Part shown: positions 31,988 through 40,829 of the stretch, piece by piece
Layout: each line of letters starts with the position of its first letter
Position numbering within the stretch: the first letter of the stretch is position 1
DNA from: Candidatus Marinacidobacterales bacterium
Lineage (GTDB): Bacteria; Acidobacteriota; Vicinamibacteria; Marinacidobacterales; SMYC01
Direction: 5' to 3'
Length of the DNA stretch: 64,000 bases
Assembly (NCBI GenBank): GCA_965237955.1
Contig: OZ250169.1
Span: 1,440,001-1,504,000 of the forward strand
The notes under the pieces: model-generated
Told to the model about the DNA's origin: nothing
The model's database searches: none
What the model saw: the letters and a program-made list of their open reading frames with translations, nothing else
Translations under genes and position numbers: made by a program

Positions 31988-32161
31988 GTAGCGAAGAGGC
32001 AGTTCGACATTACAAAAAAGTAATTCTCCCGTAACGGCCCGGAGAGGCCCGCTCGCCTACACTCGAATCGAGCCGACGCACCTGGTCGTGTCACCCTGGA
32101 ATGGCTCCGGACGCGCCGCCCTTTTTGGCGCGTCCGATCTTTGAAATCGAGGAGGCAAGCA

Positions 32162-33637
32162 ATGCAGCGATTTACAGTTTTGGCGGCGCTGGTCGCCGCG
32201 AGCGCTTTCGGACTGTGGCAGCTCGCCCCGATGCCAGCGGTTTCGGCGGGCCCTTCCGTCGACCAACAGATTACGACCCTCGCCGGAACGCCGGCGAGCT
32301 TCGCTGACGTCATCGAAGCCGTTCAACCGGCGGTGGTGAATATTTCCGTCACCGGACCCGCCGCGCCTCAGACCAGCGGTCACATCCCGATGCAACCGGG
32401 AACGCCCGGAGCGGACAACTTCGAGGATTTCTTGAGACGTTTCTTCGAGCGTCAGAGCTATAACGTCAACGGCCCCACGCCGACGTTTCAAGGCATGGGT
32501 TCCGGTTTCATCATCGACGCTGAAGGCTATGTCGTCACCAACAACCACGTCGTCGAGCACGCGTCCGAGATCGCCGTCACGCTCAATGACGGTACCCGGC
32601 TCGAGGCGGAGCTCGTAGGCACCGACCCCAAAACGGATCTCGCGGTTCTCAAAGTCGAATCGGACGAGCCGCTCCCGTACGCTCGGTTCGGTGACTCTGA
32701 TGCTACGCGGGTCGGCGACTGGGTCATTGCCATCGGCAATCCTTTCGGCCTCGGCGGATCCGTCACCACCGGCATCGTGTCGGCCCGCGGCCGCGACATT
32801 CAATCCGGTCCGTTCGACGACTTCTTGCAGATCGATGCTCCCATTAACCGGGGCAACTCGGGAGGACCCTTGTTCGACTTGAACGGACAAGTCATCGGCA
32901 TCAACACGGCCATCTTCTCGCCGAACGGCGGGAACGTCGGCATCGGTTTCGCCATCCCCTCCGAGCTCGCCGAATCCGTGATCGACCAGCTCCGTTCCTC
33001 GGGCCATGTCGAGCGCGGTTGGCTCGGCGTGACCATCCAGCAGGTCGACGAAGAGCTCGCCAGCGGTCTCGGATTCGATGGGGACACCGGCGCGCTCGTC
33101 GCGAGCGTCCTCCCGGAAAGCCCGGCCGACATCGCGGGAGTTCAACCGGGCGACGTCATCGTCGCTATCGACGGTGAGGACATTAACCATCTCAAGGAGC
33201 TCACGCGAAAAGTGGCCGCGGTCAAGCCCGACGAAAAAGTCGAGCTCGAGGTGTGGCGCAACGGTGAGCGCAAAACACTCGATGTTTCCGTAGGACGTTC
33301 GCCGAACGAGACCAAGAATGTCCGCGCCGAGACCACCGAGTCGAAAATGCGTCTGGGCCTAGCCTTGGGCGAGCTGACGAACGTCGCGCGCCAGCGGTTC
33401 CGTGTCGACGAAGACGTTCGCGGCGCGCTGGTGACGAACGTCGCGCCGCAAAGCCCCGCCGCGGCGAAAGGACTGAGGCCGGGAGACGTCGTCGTCATGG
33501 TGGGCCAGACCCAAGTGACGAATCTCGACGATGCGATGAGCGCCATCGAAGACGCCAAGTCGGATGGTCGCGAGAGCGTTCTGCTTCGAATCGTTCGCGG
33601 CAGCGATGCGCGCTTCGTGGTTGTCCCTTTCGTCTGA
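32162..33637 (+). CDS. DegP/DegQ (HtrA) serine protease with two PDZ domains
   Basis: TNNHVV, DLAVLK, GNSGGPL and two PDZ repeats; GAGGAGG RBS. Confidence 0.95.
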   Translation: MQRFTVLAALVAASAFGLWQLAPMPAVSAGPSVDQQITTLAGTPASFADVIEAVQPAVVNISVTGPAAPQTSGHIPMQPGTPGADNFEDFLRRFFERQSYNVNGPTPTFQGMGSGFIIDAEGYVVTNNHVVEHASEIAVTLNDGTRLEAELVGTDPKTDLAVLKVESDEPLPYARFGDSDATRVGDWVIAIGNPFGLGGSVTTGIVSARGRDIQSGPFDDFLQIDAPINRGNSGGPLFDLNGQVIGINTAIFSPNGGNVGIGFAIPSELAESVIDQLRSSGHVERGWLGVTIQQVDEELASGLGFDGDTGALVASVLPESPADIAGVQPGDVIVAIDGEDINHLKELTRKVAAVKPDEKVELEVWRNGERKTLDVSVGRSPNETKNVRAETTESKMRLGLALGELTNVARQRFRVDEDVRGALVTNVAPQSPAAAKGLRPGDVVVMVGQTQVTNLDDAMSAIEDAKSDGRESVLLRIVRGSDARFVVVPFV

Positions 33638-33655
33638 TTTTTGGACTAAGCTCTC

Positions 33656-33685
33656 GGGGAGGGTGCGGATGCACCCTCCCCTTTT
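33656..33685 (+). terminator. Intrinsic terminator-like hairpin
   Basis: ggggagggtgc-ggat-gcaccctcccc followed by tttt. Confidence 0.65.
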
Positions 33686-33695
33686 GTGTTTCAAC

Positions 33696-34385
33696 ATGCG
33701 CGTACTCGTCATCGAAGACGACCTTGAGACCCTCGATTTCATCGTGCAAGGTCTGAGCGAGAGCGGCCACGTTGCCGACAAAGCCGATAACGGCAAGAAC
33801 GGACTGTTCATGGCACTCGAAGAGCCGTATGACGCCCTCGTCGTCGATCGGATGTTGCCGGGCCTCGACGGCTTGTCGCTCGTGCAAACGCTGCGATCGG
33901 AAGGCAAGCGCACACCGATTCTCATCCTGAGCGCGCTCGGTGAAGTGAACGATAGAGTCGAAGGGTTACGCAAAGGTGGCGACGACTACCTCGTAAAACC
34001 GTTCGCGTTCTCCGAGCTTCTCGCCCGGCTCGAAGTGCTCGCTCGCCGGGGAGATGCGGAAGCGCCGGAAACGAAGCTTTCCGCCGGGGACCTCGACTAC
34101 GACTTGCTCGCCCGAACCGTGACCCGCGCCGGGCGCACGATTGCGCTTCAACCTCGCGAGCTACGCCTTCTCGAGCATCTCATGCGACATCAAGGCCAAG
34201 TCGTCACCCGAACGATGTTGCTGGAGAAAGTCTGGGACTACCACTTCGACCCCCAAACTAACGTCATCGACGTCCATGTGAGCCGCCTCCGATCGAAGAT
34301 CGACAAGGACTTCGACTATCCCCTCATCCACACCGTTCGCGGCGTAGGATACGTGCTCCGTGTACCCGAAGAAGCTTCTTCGTAG
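33696..34385 (+). CDS. OmpR-family response regulator
   Basis: VIEDD, DRMLPGLDG, DDYLVKPF and IHTVRGVGY motifs. Confidence 0.95.
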   Translation: MRVLVIEDDLETLDFIVQGLSESGHVADKADNGKNGLFMALEEPYDALVVDRMLPGLDGLSLVQTLRSEGKRTPILILSALGEVNDRVEGLRKGGDDYLVKPFAFSELLARLEVLARRGDAEAPETKLSAGDLDYDLLARTVTRAGRTIALQPRELRLLEHLMRHQGQVVTRTMLLEKVWDYHFDPQTNVIDVHVSRLRSKIDKDFDYPLIHTVRGVGYVLRVPEEASS

Positions 34386-35721
34386 CTCGGCGTTCCGGCT
34401 CGCACTCGGCTACGTGGCACTGTTCAGTATCTCTGCGGTGCTGCTCCTGGCTTTCATCTATTGGTCGACGGCGTCCTATATGCAGCAGCAAGCCGATGAG
34501 ACCATCGAGGCCGAGATCGTCGGTCTCGACGAGCGGTACCGGCTGACCGGTCTCGCGGGTTTGACGGCATCGATCCGCGAGCGTCTCGGACGCCGGCCGG
34601 CGGGCTCATCGATCTACCTTCTGACGGACGGACTCTCGACTCCCATCGTCGGGAACCTCCGCCGCTGGCCGGCGGGTGAGCTCGACGCCGACGGCTGGAT
34701 GAGTTTCGAGCTCAACGTGATGAACGATGAACCGAAGCACGCAGTCCGGGCGAAACCGTTCGCGCTTCCCGGCGGTTTCCGTCTTCTCGTCGGACGCGAC
34801 ATGTACGAGCTCCAAACGATGCGATCGCGTCTCGTGGGAACACTGGGCTGGGGGCTGGCCCTCACGGTGGGCCTCGCCCTCGTGGGCGGCGTGGTGATGA
34901 GCCGTAGCCGAGTCCGACGGATCGGCGCCATCAACGAGGCCATCGGCGAAGTCATGGAGGGCGACCTCTCTCGGCGCATCCCGACCGAGTCCACCGGCGG
35001 TGACGTCGAGGAATTGGTAACCAAGCTCAACCGCATGCTCGATGAGCTCGAAAAGCTCGTCGAAGGCGTGCGCCGGGTTTCCGACAACATTGCCCACGAC
35101 TTGAGAACCCCTCTCGCACGGCTGAAGACGCGCTTGGAACGCTTGCGCTACGCCGGCGTTAGCGACGAGGCCGACAAGGCGGTCGAGGAGGCCGATAAAC
35201 TTCTCGCGACGTTCGCGGCGCTTCTACGGATCGCCCGCATCGAGTCGGGCGAGCGGCGCGCCGCGTTCCAGACGGTCGACCTCACCGGGCTCGTCGACGA
35301 CGTGGCCGAGCTCTACCGCCCGCTCATGGAAGAGCAGGGCAAGAAGCTCGTGATCCACAACGCTCCCGACATTACTGTGCGGGGGGATCGTGACATGCTG
35401 TTCCAGGCGTTCGCTAATCTCCTCGACAACGCGCTCAAACATACGCCCGCCGATGGGCGGGTCGAGCTGTCACTAGGGAAAGCGAACAGCCACATCCACA
35501 TCGTCGTTGCCGACGACGGGCACGGGATTCCGGCGGACGAGCGCGAGAAAGTGATCGGCCGCTTCTACCGGGTCGATCAAAGCCGCGCGACACCTGGCTC
35601 GGGACTGGGATTGAGCCTCGTTGCCGCCGCCGTCGAGCTTCATCACGGCAAGCTCTGCCTCGAAGACAACGCCCACGGGCAGGGACTACGCGTCGTGGTG
35701 CAACTTCACCACCCCGAATAA
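34360..35721 (+). CDS. HAMP-domain sensor histidine kinase
   Basis: AHDLRTPL, NLLDNALK, DDGHG and GSGLGL motifs; two TM helices. Confidence 0.95.
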   Translation: MYPKKLLRSSAFRLALGYVALFSISAVLLLAFIYWSTASYMQQQADETIEAEIVGLDERYRLTGLAGLTASIRERLGRRPAGSSIYLLTDGLSTPIVGNLRRWPAGELDADGWMSFELNVMNDEPKHAVRAKPFALPGGFRLLVGRDMYELQTMRSRLVGTLGWGLALTVGLALVGGVVMSRSRVRRIGAINEAIGEVMEGDLSRRIPTESTGGDVEELVTKLNRMLDELEKLVEGVRRVSDNIAHDLRTPLARLKTRLERLRYAGVSDEADKAVEEADKLLATFAALLRIARIESGERRAAFQTVDLTGLVDDVAELYRPLMEEQGKKLVIHNAPDITVRGDRDMLFQAFANLLDNALKHTPADGRVELSLGKANSHIHIVVADDGHGIPADEREKVIGRFYRVDQSRATPGSGLGLSLVAAAVELHHGKLCLEDNAHGQGLRVVVQLHHPE

Positions 35722-35820
35722 GCGTCGGGTTGCCACGGATTCGAGCACGGCGGTACCCTCGCTGAGCTTCCTCGATGAACGTTTGCTTCTACGGCCATCC
35801 CCGGCAACGAGTGCTAAGGT

Positions 35821-36803
35821 TCAGTCCTCAGGCTCCAGAGTTATGATGACATTTCCCTTCTTGCGCCCGGTGTCGACGTAGCTGTGAGCCTCGGCGATTT
35901 GCTCGAACGGATAGCGCCGATCAATGACCGGTTTGAATTCTCCGGCCTCAGCCAGTTCCGCGAGGAAACGCAAATCCTCTGCGTGCCCGGGTGCTGGCCC
36001 AGCGATTACTTTCTTGCTGCTTGTCATCGACACCCATGGAATCTGAAGCATGTCTAGCAGCCCACCTAAAACCAGAAGAAGGCGTCCTTTCTCTTTCAAC
36101 GAACGTTTGCTACGGGAGAACGGAGCCGTGCCGGCTGTATCGACAATGACGTCATAGGTTTCACCGTTTTCCGTAAAATCCTCTTTGGTGTAATCGATTA
36201 CATGATTGGCACCCAGAGATCTCACCATTTCCACGTTCGCGTCACTGCACACCCCGGTCACGTCTGCCCCGAAATGCTTGGCAAGCTGCACCGCACAGCT
36301 GTTCCTACCCCTCCGGAGGCGCCATTGACGAGTACTTTTTCTGCGCTCTGAAGGTTTCCTCTTCTGAAGAAATGCAACGCCGTTGTTCCGCCAAAAGATA
36401 TTGCGGCGGCTTTATCGTAGGTCAGATTGGCCGGTTTTAGTGCCACCGCCCCGTCTTCTGGCATGCATTTGTACTCCGCATGGCAACCCATGCCGGCACC
36501 GCTGAATGCAAAGACCTGGTCACCGACTTTGAATTTGTTTACGTCTTTGCCGACCGATTCAACTTCCCCGGCGAGCTCTGTCCCTAGAATAGGTTGCCTT
36601 GGTCTCGAGACTCCAAAAACCAAACGCGAGATGAACCCGAAGCCGACAGGCACATCGAGACTGCGCGCCCTCCAGTCCCCTGATGTTACCGTTGTCGCAT
36701 GTGTTTTTATCAAGACTTCATTGTCCTTGGGCGTGGGCTTTCCCACCTCCTTCAATTCAAGAACATCGGGCGGCCCATATCTTTCATACACAATTGCTTT
36801 CAT
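35821..36803 (-). pseudogene. NAD(P)-dependent alcohol dehydrogenase / quinone reductase (MDR), frameshifted near 36292
   Basis: YGPPDVL and NGASGGVGT in one frame, VQLAKHFGA...GRKKGNV in another. An IS sits 9 bp upstream of the ATG. Confidence 0.85.
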
Positions 36804-36875
36804 ACGTCGCCCGGTAGTGGTCTAGTTTGAAATCGAGGCCGCTGGATAGACGCTTGCCTTGTGGTATCCTGTGGT

Positions 36876-37121
36876 ATGCCTACACGAGCAAGCAAGAAAA
36901 AGAGGCCACGTGATACCAATCAACTTGCCTGGCAGATCGTACAGGAAGCTACCGGCCAGGCCCCGCTAGAAGAAGAGGAAGAAGACACGCGGAATCCTGC
37001 CGCTGTGGCTCTCGCGAAGCTGGGTGCGTCCAAAGGCGGTAAGGCTCGAGCTAAAAAACTCAGCCCGGAGCGAAGGGCTGAAATCGCCCGAAAAGCGGCA
37101 AAAACCAGATGGAAAAAGTGA
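36876..37121 (+). CDS. Small basic IS-associated protein ('histone H1-like')
   Basis: RPRDTNQLA...NPAAVALAKLGASKGGKARAKKLSPERRAEIARKAAKTRW; TG-G-TATCCT box just upstream. Confidence 0.8.
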   Translation: MPTRASKKKRPRDTNQLAWQIVQEATGQAPLEEEEEDTRNPAAVALAKLGASKGGKARAKKLSPERRAEIARKAAKTRWKK

Positions 37122-37285
37122 ACACGGGCTGTAATTAATCGCGTTGGTCTGGCTAGACGACCTATCGTGAAATGTAACTTCCCTCTACTGTAAATAACAA
37201 CAGCCCAGACGCAATCGCAGACGCCTAGTCCCTGTTACGATTTCTGGGTTGCGCCGTGTCCGCCTTCCTGTTACACTGATTAATC

Positions 37286-37681
37286 ATGGAAGCGAGAGAA
37301 GAACTACTTCAGCTGAGACAGCGTCTATCGGGCCGAATTGACGTCTTGCGCGCCGAGCTGGAAACCGTAGACGCATCGATCCGGCTCATCGAAAGAGAGA
37401 AAGGACTCGAACCCGCTTCTCACGGTGAGTTTGCGGAGATGGGCTTAACCGAGAGTTGCCTACGGATCCTTGAGGCTGACTTTCGCTCGCCGACGGAAGT
37501 CCGAGACCTTCTGATCCAGGGCGGCTATCCGAAATCAGACAGAAAGAAGCTTCTCGGATCCGTTTATGCCACTTTGAAGAGACTTCACGATGCGGGAAAA
37601 GTTGAGTTCCGAAAACGGCGTGGAGTAGGAGGACGAAAATATCGAGTAAAACACTACACTGCTGAACCGAGCGAAGAATAA
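37286..37681 (+). CDS. Hypothetical coiled-coil + winged-HTH-like protein
   Basis: Heptad-like N-terminus, then SPTEVRDLL...SVYATLKRL...GKV...KY; TG-T-TACACT box upstream. Confidence 0.65.
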   Translation: MEAREELLQLRQRLSGRIDVLRAELETVDASIRLIEREKGLEPASHGEFAEMGLTESCLRILEADFRSPTEVRDLLIQGGYPKSDRKKLLGSVYATLKRLHDAGKVEFRKRRGVGGRKYRVKHYTAEPSEE

Positions 37682-37708
37682 AGGGCGGGGCTCGAAAAAG
37701 CCCCGCCC
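37674..37708 (-). terminator. Intrinsic terminator on the minus strand (possibly bidirectional)
   Basis: GGGCGGGGCT...AGCCCCGCCC stem (37683-37708) followed on the minus strand by TTTATTCTT. Confidence 0.7.
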
Positions 37709-37910
37709 ACAGCACTCTTTTCAGTTTCCGGTCCTTCGGTGTGTTCACGCACATCGAAAAACATGGACCGGAAAAGAAGGAGGTAAGACGATGAAAGTAT
37801 GCTTCATCGTAGCCGTATTTCAGACGGCCAACGGATTTTACGCCGTGGTCGTCTGGATAATACGGCCCCCCGCTCCGGGTTGCTCCGGGGCGGGGACGCC
37901 TCCACTTTTC
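37675..37910 (-). ncRNA. Candidate structured non-coding RNA inside the IS
   Basis: Own promoter (TTACAA-17-TATCAT) and terminator; five mutually compatible stems visible by eye. Confidence 0.5.
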
Positions 37911-37982
37911 GTTTGCATGATAGCGCATAAAGGGCTGTTTTGTAACCCCAAAAATATCGGGAGAAGTGTCGTTTTTGCTTGA
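37791..37982 (+). CDS. Small ORF with hydrophobic N-terminus (candidate type I toxin)
   Basis: AAGGAGGT 6 nt before ATG; MKVCFIVAVF...FYAVVVWII; antisense to the candidate RNA. Confidence 0.4.
   Translation: MKVCFIVAVFQTANGFYAVVVWIIRPPAPGCSGAGTPPLFVCMIAHKGLFCNPKNIGRSVVFA
37917..37945 (-). promoter_or_regulatory. Sigma70-like promoter of the candidate RNA
   Basis: Minus strand TTACAA (37940-37945), 17 nt spacer, TATCAT (37917-37922). Confidence 0.5.
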
Positions 37983-38007
37983 CAATGCGTGCGCGAGCAA
38001 GCATAAT
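37976..38007 (+). promoter_or_regulatory. Transposase promoter with overlapping inverted repeat
   Basis: TTGACA-17-CATAAT, 7 nt before ATG 38015; TGCTTG...CAAGCA overlaps both boxes. Confidence 0.75.
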
Positions 38008-38014
38008 GTCTATT

Positions 38015-38839
38015 ATGAACAAGCTAGATACGAAACGACGAGTGCATGTGGTCAAGGCTCTGGTCGAGGGCAATAGCCTTCGTGGAACAGCGCGGATGAC
38101 GGGCGTTGCGCGGGCGACGGTCGAGAAGCTGCTTCGAGAGCTCGGCTACGTTTGCGCCATGTATCAGGACGTCGCCTTTCAGAACCTGCCCTGCCGGAGA
38201 ATCCAGGTCGATGAGATCTGGTCGTTCACCTACGCGAAAGCGAAGAACGTCGCACGGGCGAAAGCGGCACCCGAGGGCGCGGGCGATACCTGGACCTGGA
38301 CGGCCATTGATGCGGATACCAAGCTTGTCCCGTGCTGGCTCGTAGGGGGCCGTGACGCTGGCTACGCGACGGAGTTTCTACAGAACCTCGCGGGACGGCT
38401 TGCCCACCGCGTGCAGCTCACCAGCGACGGGCACAAATGCTACCTCCAAGCCGTCGAGGATGCGTTCGGCGGGGATATCGACTATGCCATGCTGGTCAAG
38501 CACTATGGGAACGCGCCCGAAGGTCAGAGGCGATACAGCCCCGCCGTCTGCACCGGAGCGACGCGGATGCGCGTTACCGGCGACCCCGACGACGCGCACA
38601 TCAGCACCAGCTACGTCGAGCGCCAGAATCTCACGATGCGGATGGCGATGCGGCGGTTCACACGGCTAACGAATGCCTTCTCGAAGAAGGTCGAGAATCT
38701 AAAGCACTCGGTCGCTCTACACTACATGTACTACAACTTTGTGCGGATCCACAGCTCGCTGCGCGTGACCCCGGCGATGGCGGCTGGCGTCACCAACAAG
38801 CTGTGGAGCATCGAGGACATGATTGGGCTGCTAGATTGA
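38015..38839 (+). CDS. IS1-like DDE transposase
   Basis: N-terminal HTH (EGNSLRGTARMTGV), QVDEIWSF, TSDG, TSYVERQNLTMRM and TPAMAAG motifs. Confidence 0.9.
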   Translation: MNKLDTKRRVHVVKALVEGNSLRGTARMTGVARATVEKLLRELGYVCAMYQDVAFQNLPCRRIQVDEIWSFTYAKAKNVARAKAAPEGAGDTWTWTAIDADTKLVPCWLVGGRDAGYATEFLQNLAGRLAHRVQLTSDGHKCYLQAVEDAFGGDIDYAMLVKHYGNAPEGQRRYSPAVCTGATRMRVTGDPDDAHISTSYVERQNLTMRMAMRRFTRLTNAFSKKVENLKHSVALHYMYYNFVRIHSSLRVTPAMAAGVTNKLWSIEDMIGLLD

Positions 38840-38920
38840 AACACGTAAAGATACTTGAGCCCAAAACAGATGGGAAGGCAAGCTCCCTCGGGGCGTCGCG
38901 TCTCCCGTAGTCTGGTTTCC

Positions 38921-39334
38921 TTAGATATCCTCAAAAAGGATCTGTTTCAAGGCAAGTCTGAGAATCTGCCACGGTTGGTACTGCCCTTCACCATCGATCG
39001 TATATCGGCAGTCCCCATCATTATTCAATTCTATTTTTAGAATGAGCGGGCCGTTACCAATTCGGGTTACGGAAATGTGGTCCGCCATCAGTCGGAACGT
39101 AACGTCAGCGGAACGTAGAAGAACTCCATCTTGCGGAGCTCTTGAGACTACGAGTTCCGTGTTGTCTTCTCCTGGTTCGCTAAACGACACGTCAAAACCA
39201 TCTTCTCGCTTGAGGCTTCGCTTTCTGCGCGTTACGTCATTTTGGGCTTGCAGCACAAGTTTTAGAAACTCATTCGATAATGAGCAGTCGAGTTGCGCCT
39301 GAACCCAGTCGAAATCGTCCGGTTTTGGACTCAT
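38921..39334 (-). CDS. Hypothetical passenger protein (AT-richer)
   Basis: 137-aa ORF converging on the transposase, inside the terminal IRs; no recognisable motif. Confidence 0.6.
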   Translation of the reverse strand: MSPKPDDFDWVQAQLDCSLSNEFLKLVLQAQNDVTRRKRSLKREDGFDVSFSEPGEDNTELVVSRAPQDGVLLRSADVTFRLMADHISVTRIGNGPLILKIELNNDGDCRYTIDGEGQYQPWQILRLALKQILFEDI

Positions 39335-39526
39335 TGCAATCAGTCTACTACAGGTCGTCATTCAAGTGCTACCACCGGCTTGGCCCGAGCTGCTATGGAG
39401 CATCGAGGATATGTTGGGGCTGCTGGATTGAAACTAGACCACTACCCGTCGCCCTGCAGGGTTGCTTTGATCCGGTCATTGTGGTCAGGCTAGCAGCTCC
39501 CGGGCCGGGACGATGGCGCCCGGTGT

Positions 39527-40252
39527 CTACCGACGCCAGCGAAGCTCGAGCTCGTAGTTGTCGGCTCCTCGTTTGTCGTCTTCGATGCGAATGATCGCGG
39601 TGTAGCCGTTTTTGGCGTCGGGAGCCTGGATGAGCTCGACGACACCGCGACCGTCCAGCTTACGGAGCGACACCGGGACGTCGCGCTCGGGCAGAGAGGA
39701 CTCGAACTCGACCCGGTCCTCGCGCACACCCTGACCACCCAGGTTGGTGACGGTGTGGCTGCCACCGCGGATCTCGATCTCGGCGCCGATGTCGACGCGG
39801 CCCTTCCAGCGAAACACGCCGTCGTCGCCATCGGAATCGTCGTTCCAGCGATCGTCGCTACGCCCATCGCTTCCCCAATCGTCACCCCAACCATCGTCTT
39901 CGTCCCAAACGACCTCGAACTCGTAGTCACTCGCGCCGCCGCGGCGGTCTTCGATACGGACCACGACGGTGTAGTCGTTTCTCTTGCTCGGTTGTTCCAT
40001 CAGCCGAACCGTCCCGCGGCCCTCGATGGGATGAAGCTCGACCTCCACGGCGCGCGCCGGAAGGGGCGCACTGAAACGGTGGTCCTGGTACTGGATGGGC
40101 TTCGCCCCCAAGTGGTCGACGCGAACGGAGCGGCCGCGGATCAAGATGTCGTCCGCGCCATCGACCCGGCCCTTCCACTGGAACCGCTCTTCTGCTCTCG
40201 GAGCGGTCGCGCCGGCGAGCATGACCAACAGAAAAAGCAAAGCTCGTCTCAT
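39527..40252 (-). CDS. Secreted protein with two internal ~95-aa beta repeats
   Basis: Signal peptide; FxWKGRVD...GRG.V.L...P...N.YT...IED..GGA..YE..W occurs twice around an Asp/Trp-rich linker. Confidence 0.7.
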   Translation of the reverse strand: MRRALLFLLVMLAGATAPRAEERFQWKGRVDGADDILIRGRSVRVDHLGAKPIQYQDHRFSAPLPARAVEVELHPIEGRGTVRLMEQPSKRNDYTVVVRIEDRRGGASDYEFEVVWDEDDGWGDDWGSDGRSDDRWNDDSDGDDGVFRWKGRVDIGAEIEIRGGSHTVTNLGGQGVREDRVEFESSLPERDVPVSLRKLDGRGVVELIQAPDAKNGYTAIIRIEDDKRGADNYELELRWRR

Positions 40253-40400
40253 CTGGCCTCCTTGCGTGTCATCGAGATGTTTCTTACACTGGATCCATTC
40301 TCGAAAATGAATGGCGCAAGCGCAAGCGCGCCACCTTCGCTACGCCCTCTTCGGATTTCCATCCTGGTCAGTAGCGCTCACTCGATAGGAGAAAAATAGC

Positions 40401-40829
40401 ATGAAGCACCGAATCAGTCAGATGGTCATTTTGAGCGTACTCGTCGTGTTCTGCGGGACCGCGTTCGCCCAGAAACAGCGCATCAACAACTACCACAGGT
40501 CTCTGCAAAAGAAATTGGAAGCGATGGTTTCGGACGGCCAGAACTGCAAAGTCAACATGAACGACTCGGAGGACGGCAAGGGCATGGACGCCGAGATCCG
40601 CCTCACCATGGGCATCCGCGAGTTCGAGTCATTCGCGCCGGTGGCGGCGCTCGAGGCCGCGGCGCTTCCTCACAAATTTCCGGCAGTGAACATCTACTTG
40701 CGACACGAAGGAACGGGCCGCGTCGGGCGGATCAATTTCCGCGACGCCGAACCACTCGCGGCGCAGTACAAGGCGGGCGAGAGAGAGAAAGCGACCGCGG
40801 AGATGGCGGATTCCATCACCTGGCACTGA
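40401..40829 (+). CDS. Hypothetical secreted protein
   Basis: AGGAG RBS and a signal peptide ending AFA. Confidence 0.65.
   Translation: MKHRISQMVILSVLVVFCGTAFAQKQRINNYHRSLQKKLEAMVSDGQNCKVNMNDSEDGKGMDAEIRLTMGIREFESFAPVAALEAAALPHKFPAVNIYLRHEGTGRVGRINFRDAEPLAAQYKAGEREKATAEMADSITWH

Larger units (their letters stand above)
36813..39446 (+). mobile_element. Complete IS1-like cargo transposon (2,634 bp)
   Basis: Terminal IRs GGTAGTGGTCTAGTTT (36813-36828) and AAACTAGACCACTACC (39431-39446); 8-bp target duplication CGTCGCCC (36805-36812 and 39447-39454); DDE transposase inside. Confidence 0.93.

Noticed and set aside
37224-37234. CTAGTCCCTG resembling the MITE end at 778
   Set aside because: Single imperfect copy with no partner inverted repeat; probably chance.
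37675-37910. Known ribozyme, tRNA or riboswitch identity for the structured RNA
   Set aside because: No hammerhead core, cloverleaf with T-loop or riboswitch consensus recognised by eye; an Rfam search is still needed.
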